DNA of 63,221 nucleotides, filler included, from Reclinomonas americana ATCC 50394 (Eukaryota): assembly GCA_048213135.1 (NCBI GenBank). It is 12 parts of 6 records of this genome, joined end to end, with 100 filler letters (N's around TTAATTAATTAA, not from the genome) between each part and the next. Parts side by side here need not be neighbours in the genome. Positions count along the whole stretch, not along the records: positions 60,106 to 61,967 come from PS015649.1; positions 62,068 to 63,221 come from PS015649.1; 10 more parts are not named here. One strand, 5' to 3'. Position 1 is the first letter of the stretch. Every line of letters begins with the position of its first letter. This document shows, piece by piece, positions 60,645-63,221 of this stretch. A program made the position numbers and the translations under genes. The notes under the pieces are model-generated. The model did not search any database. It saw only the letters and a list, made by a program, of their open reading frames with translations, and was not told the DNA's origin.

Positions 60645-63119
60645 CTACAGTTCGTCCTTGGGCGCCTTCTTGCCGATGCGCTTCTTGTCCTTCTTCGGCT
60701 TGGTGGCCTTGTCCTTCTTGGCTGCCGCTGCTGCCGCCGCTTCGGCTTCTGCCGCTGCCGCCGCCGCCTTGGCCTCCTCCTCCTCTGCTGCCGCCTTGGC
60801 CTCTTCCTCGGCCTTCTTGGCCGCCGCCGCCGCCGCCGCTGCCTCCTCTTCCTCAGCCTTCTTCGCTGCAGCTGCAGCCGCCTCCGCCTCGGCTTCCTCC
60901 TCGGCCTTCTTGGCCGCCTCCTCCTCAGCCTTCTTGGCAGCAGCCGCGGCATCCTCCTCCGCCGCCGCCTTCTTGCCCTTCTTCTTGTCCTTCTTGGCCT
61001 TCTTGCTGCTCTTCTCCTCGGCGGCTGCCTTCTGGCGAGCCTCCTCCTCCTCCGCAACAGCCTTCACACGCTCCTCCTCTGCCGCCTGCGCCGCCTGACG
61101 GGCAGCCTCGGCCGCCTCAGCCTTCAAGCGGATGGCCTCCTCCTCCTCGGCCTTGTGCCGCGCAGCCTCCTCCTCCTCCTGGGCCTTCTTGCGTGCCGCG
61201 GCCTCGGCCTGCAGCGCGGCCTGGCGAGCAGCATCGGCCTCCTCTTCCGCCTTGATGCGAGCGGCCTCCTCCTCGGCCTTGTCCTTCTTGCCCTTCTTCT
61301 TCTTGTCCTTCTTCTGCACCTTGACTTGCACCTCCTCCTCAGCGTCAGCCTTCTTCACCTCGGCCTCAGCCGCCGCCGCCTCCTCCTTCTTCGGCTCAGC
61401 AGCCTCAGCCTCCTTCTTCGGCTCCGCAGTCGCCTCCTCCTTCGACTCCTCCTTCTTCGGCTCCTCCTTCTTCGGCTCCTCCGTCTCCGCCTCAGCCGCC
61501 TCCTCCTTCTTCGGCGTCTTCTTCACCGGGACCGTGGCGCGCTCCTCGATGAACGAGATGAAGCCCTCGAGCTTGCGCGGGCCCTCAAACGTAATCGGGT
61601 TGGCCTTGTCGTTGGCCGGGAAGAAGAGAATCGTGGGGAAGCCCTCGATCGAAACGGTTGACGGCGGGTCGTTGACAGTGGCGTCGAACTTGGCAATCAC
61701 CAGGCCCTTGTCCTCGGCAAAGTGCTCGGCCAGCGCCTCGTACACGGGCGTCAGCTTCTTGCAGTGGCCGCACCACGGAGCGTAAAACTCCACCAGCACG
61801 TCCTTGCTCGCATCGAGAACCACCGACTCGAACGAGTCGCCGACCACCACCGTCACCGGGCCCTCCTGCTTTGCCGGGATGGGCTCGCTGCGCAGGTGTG
61901 GCTTGAGGGTGCCTGATGGAGGAGGAGAATGAGCGGCAACAAAACCAAAAAAACATGCAGAAACACCNNNNNNNNNNNNNNNNNNNNNNNNNNNNNNNNN
62001 NNNNNNNNNNNTTAATTAATTAANNNNNNNNNNNNNNNNNNNNNNNNNNNNNNNNNNNNNNNNNNNNTGAGCGGAAGGCAACGAGGGCCGGCAGCTCCTT
62101 GGCGTCGTACTTCTTCGCCACCTTGGCGCTGCGGACGATGCCGAAGCGGTGGCGGTCGCGCTTGGCGTCGGCCGCCTCAGTGAACTTGGCCACAAAGCTC
62201 TCGCTCTCGGCATCGTCACCGGCAAACACCACAAACGACACGGCCTGATCCGACTTTTGGCTGCAGGAAAGAACAAGGAATAAAGACACCGACCGGTGAG
62301 CAAGAAGAGAGAGAGAGAGCAACAGGGTCGGCGATTTCTCCGCAACTTGGCCTCGTTGATGAACGCCTCGACGTCGTCGGCGGTCTTCAGCTCCTTCAGC
62401 AGCGGGCCCACCGAGTTCTCCACGTAGCTGATAATGTCCTCCGACTGCCACCCAAGACAGAGTCAGCGCTTAGACACATCACTGTGCAACAACAACACTC
62501 GCTCACCGAGCGGCTGCCCTGGTACTCGCGAGCCTTGTCGACGGCACCTGCTCGTGGGCGTGAATAACATCGCAAGAAATAAATGGCAGACACAGTGTCG
62601 CGGGAGGGAACAAACCGTTGCGGAACACCTTGATGGTGGGGAAGCCCTGCACGTTCTGCTCCTCGGCTGCAACCATCGTAAGCGCAGGAAGAGCAGAAAG
62701 AGAGAGGGAAAAACGGAAAGGCACGTGCACTCAACTGATCTTCGTGTTGCCCTCCTTGGTGGCATCGACCTTGGCGATCAGCACCTTGGAGCCGGGCACG
62801 TTGAACTTCTCGGCGACCTTGTTGAACTCGGGCGCCAATTGACGGCAGTGACCGCACCCTATCACCAACGCGGCTCTTCAGCACAAGAGGAGGAGAAAGA
62901 TAATTATCGAAGTGAGGCAAGCACACAAACGCAACAGGGGGCGTAGAACTCGACCACGGCCAGCTCGTACTTGCCAATCTCCTCGGCCAGAGTCGCGCCA
63001 GTGAGCTCAACGACGGCCTTGTCGCCAAAGCCAGCAGCATCGTCGCTGCCACTCGCCGCCTCTTCCTCCTCCTCCTCCTCAGCAGCAGCAGCAGCAGTGG
63101 GAGCAGCGGCCGGAGCAGC
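60645..63119 (-). CDS. PDI: Protein disulfide isomerase with ~290-aa Ala/Glu/Lys-rich tail and KDEL (5' end outside window, middle in gap)
   Basis: Two VEFYAPWCGHC thioredoxin sites, two GFPTI motifs, LRSEPIP x-linker, C-terminal KDEL-stop. Confidence 0.93.
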
Positions 63120-63221
63120 CTGCATAAAACACTCGTCAGGACTCCGATTTACGCGCGCGCGGGAAAACAATGGGAAACCAAACCCGATGTCAACGAGAGA
63201 GAGAGAGAGAGAGAGAGAGAG

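Overview
Draft-assembly window from a gene-dense, microsatellite-rich, probably flagellated microbial eukaryote. It uses the standard code and has mostly ~55-75 nt spliceosomal introns plus a few long repeat-filled ones; many N gaps contain an artificial TTAATTAATTAA linker. Splicing the ORF fragments by hand gives about 18 genes: MCM7, a Dsn1/Mis13-like protein, two tandem FkbM-type methyltransferases, ferrochelatase, ALG8, a Bro1-domain protein, a Tul1/FLY1-type E3 ligase, a GH1 beta-glycosidase, DPCD, a giant laminin-EGF repeat protein, a Dpy-30/dynein-MTBD-like/EF-hand protein, an ARM-WW-DH-PH protein, mitochondrial bL21, a Rap1-like protein and a PDI with a long charged tail. The main discovery is in splicing. 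About 35 of roughly 120 hand-inferred introns use a +1-shifted donor, GTT(G/T)(C/A)G(T/C), with the conserved G at +6 instead of +5. This class occurs almost only when the last exon base is not G. All gene models and counts are manual inferences without transcript data.
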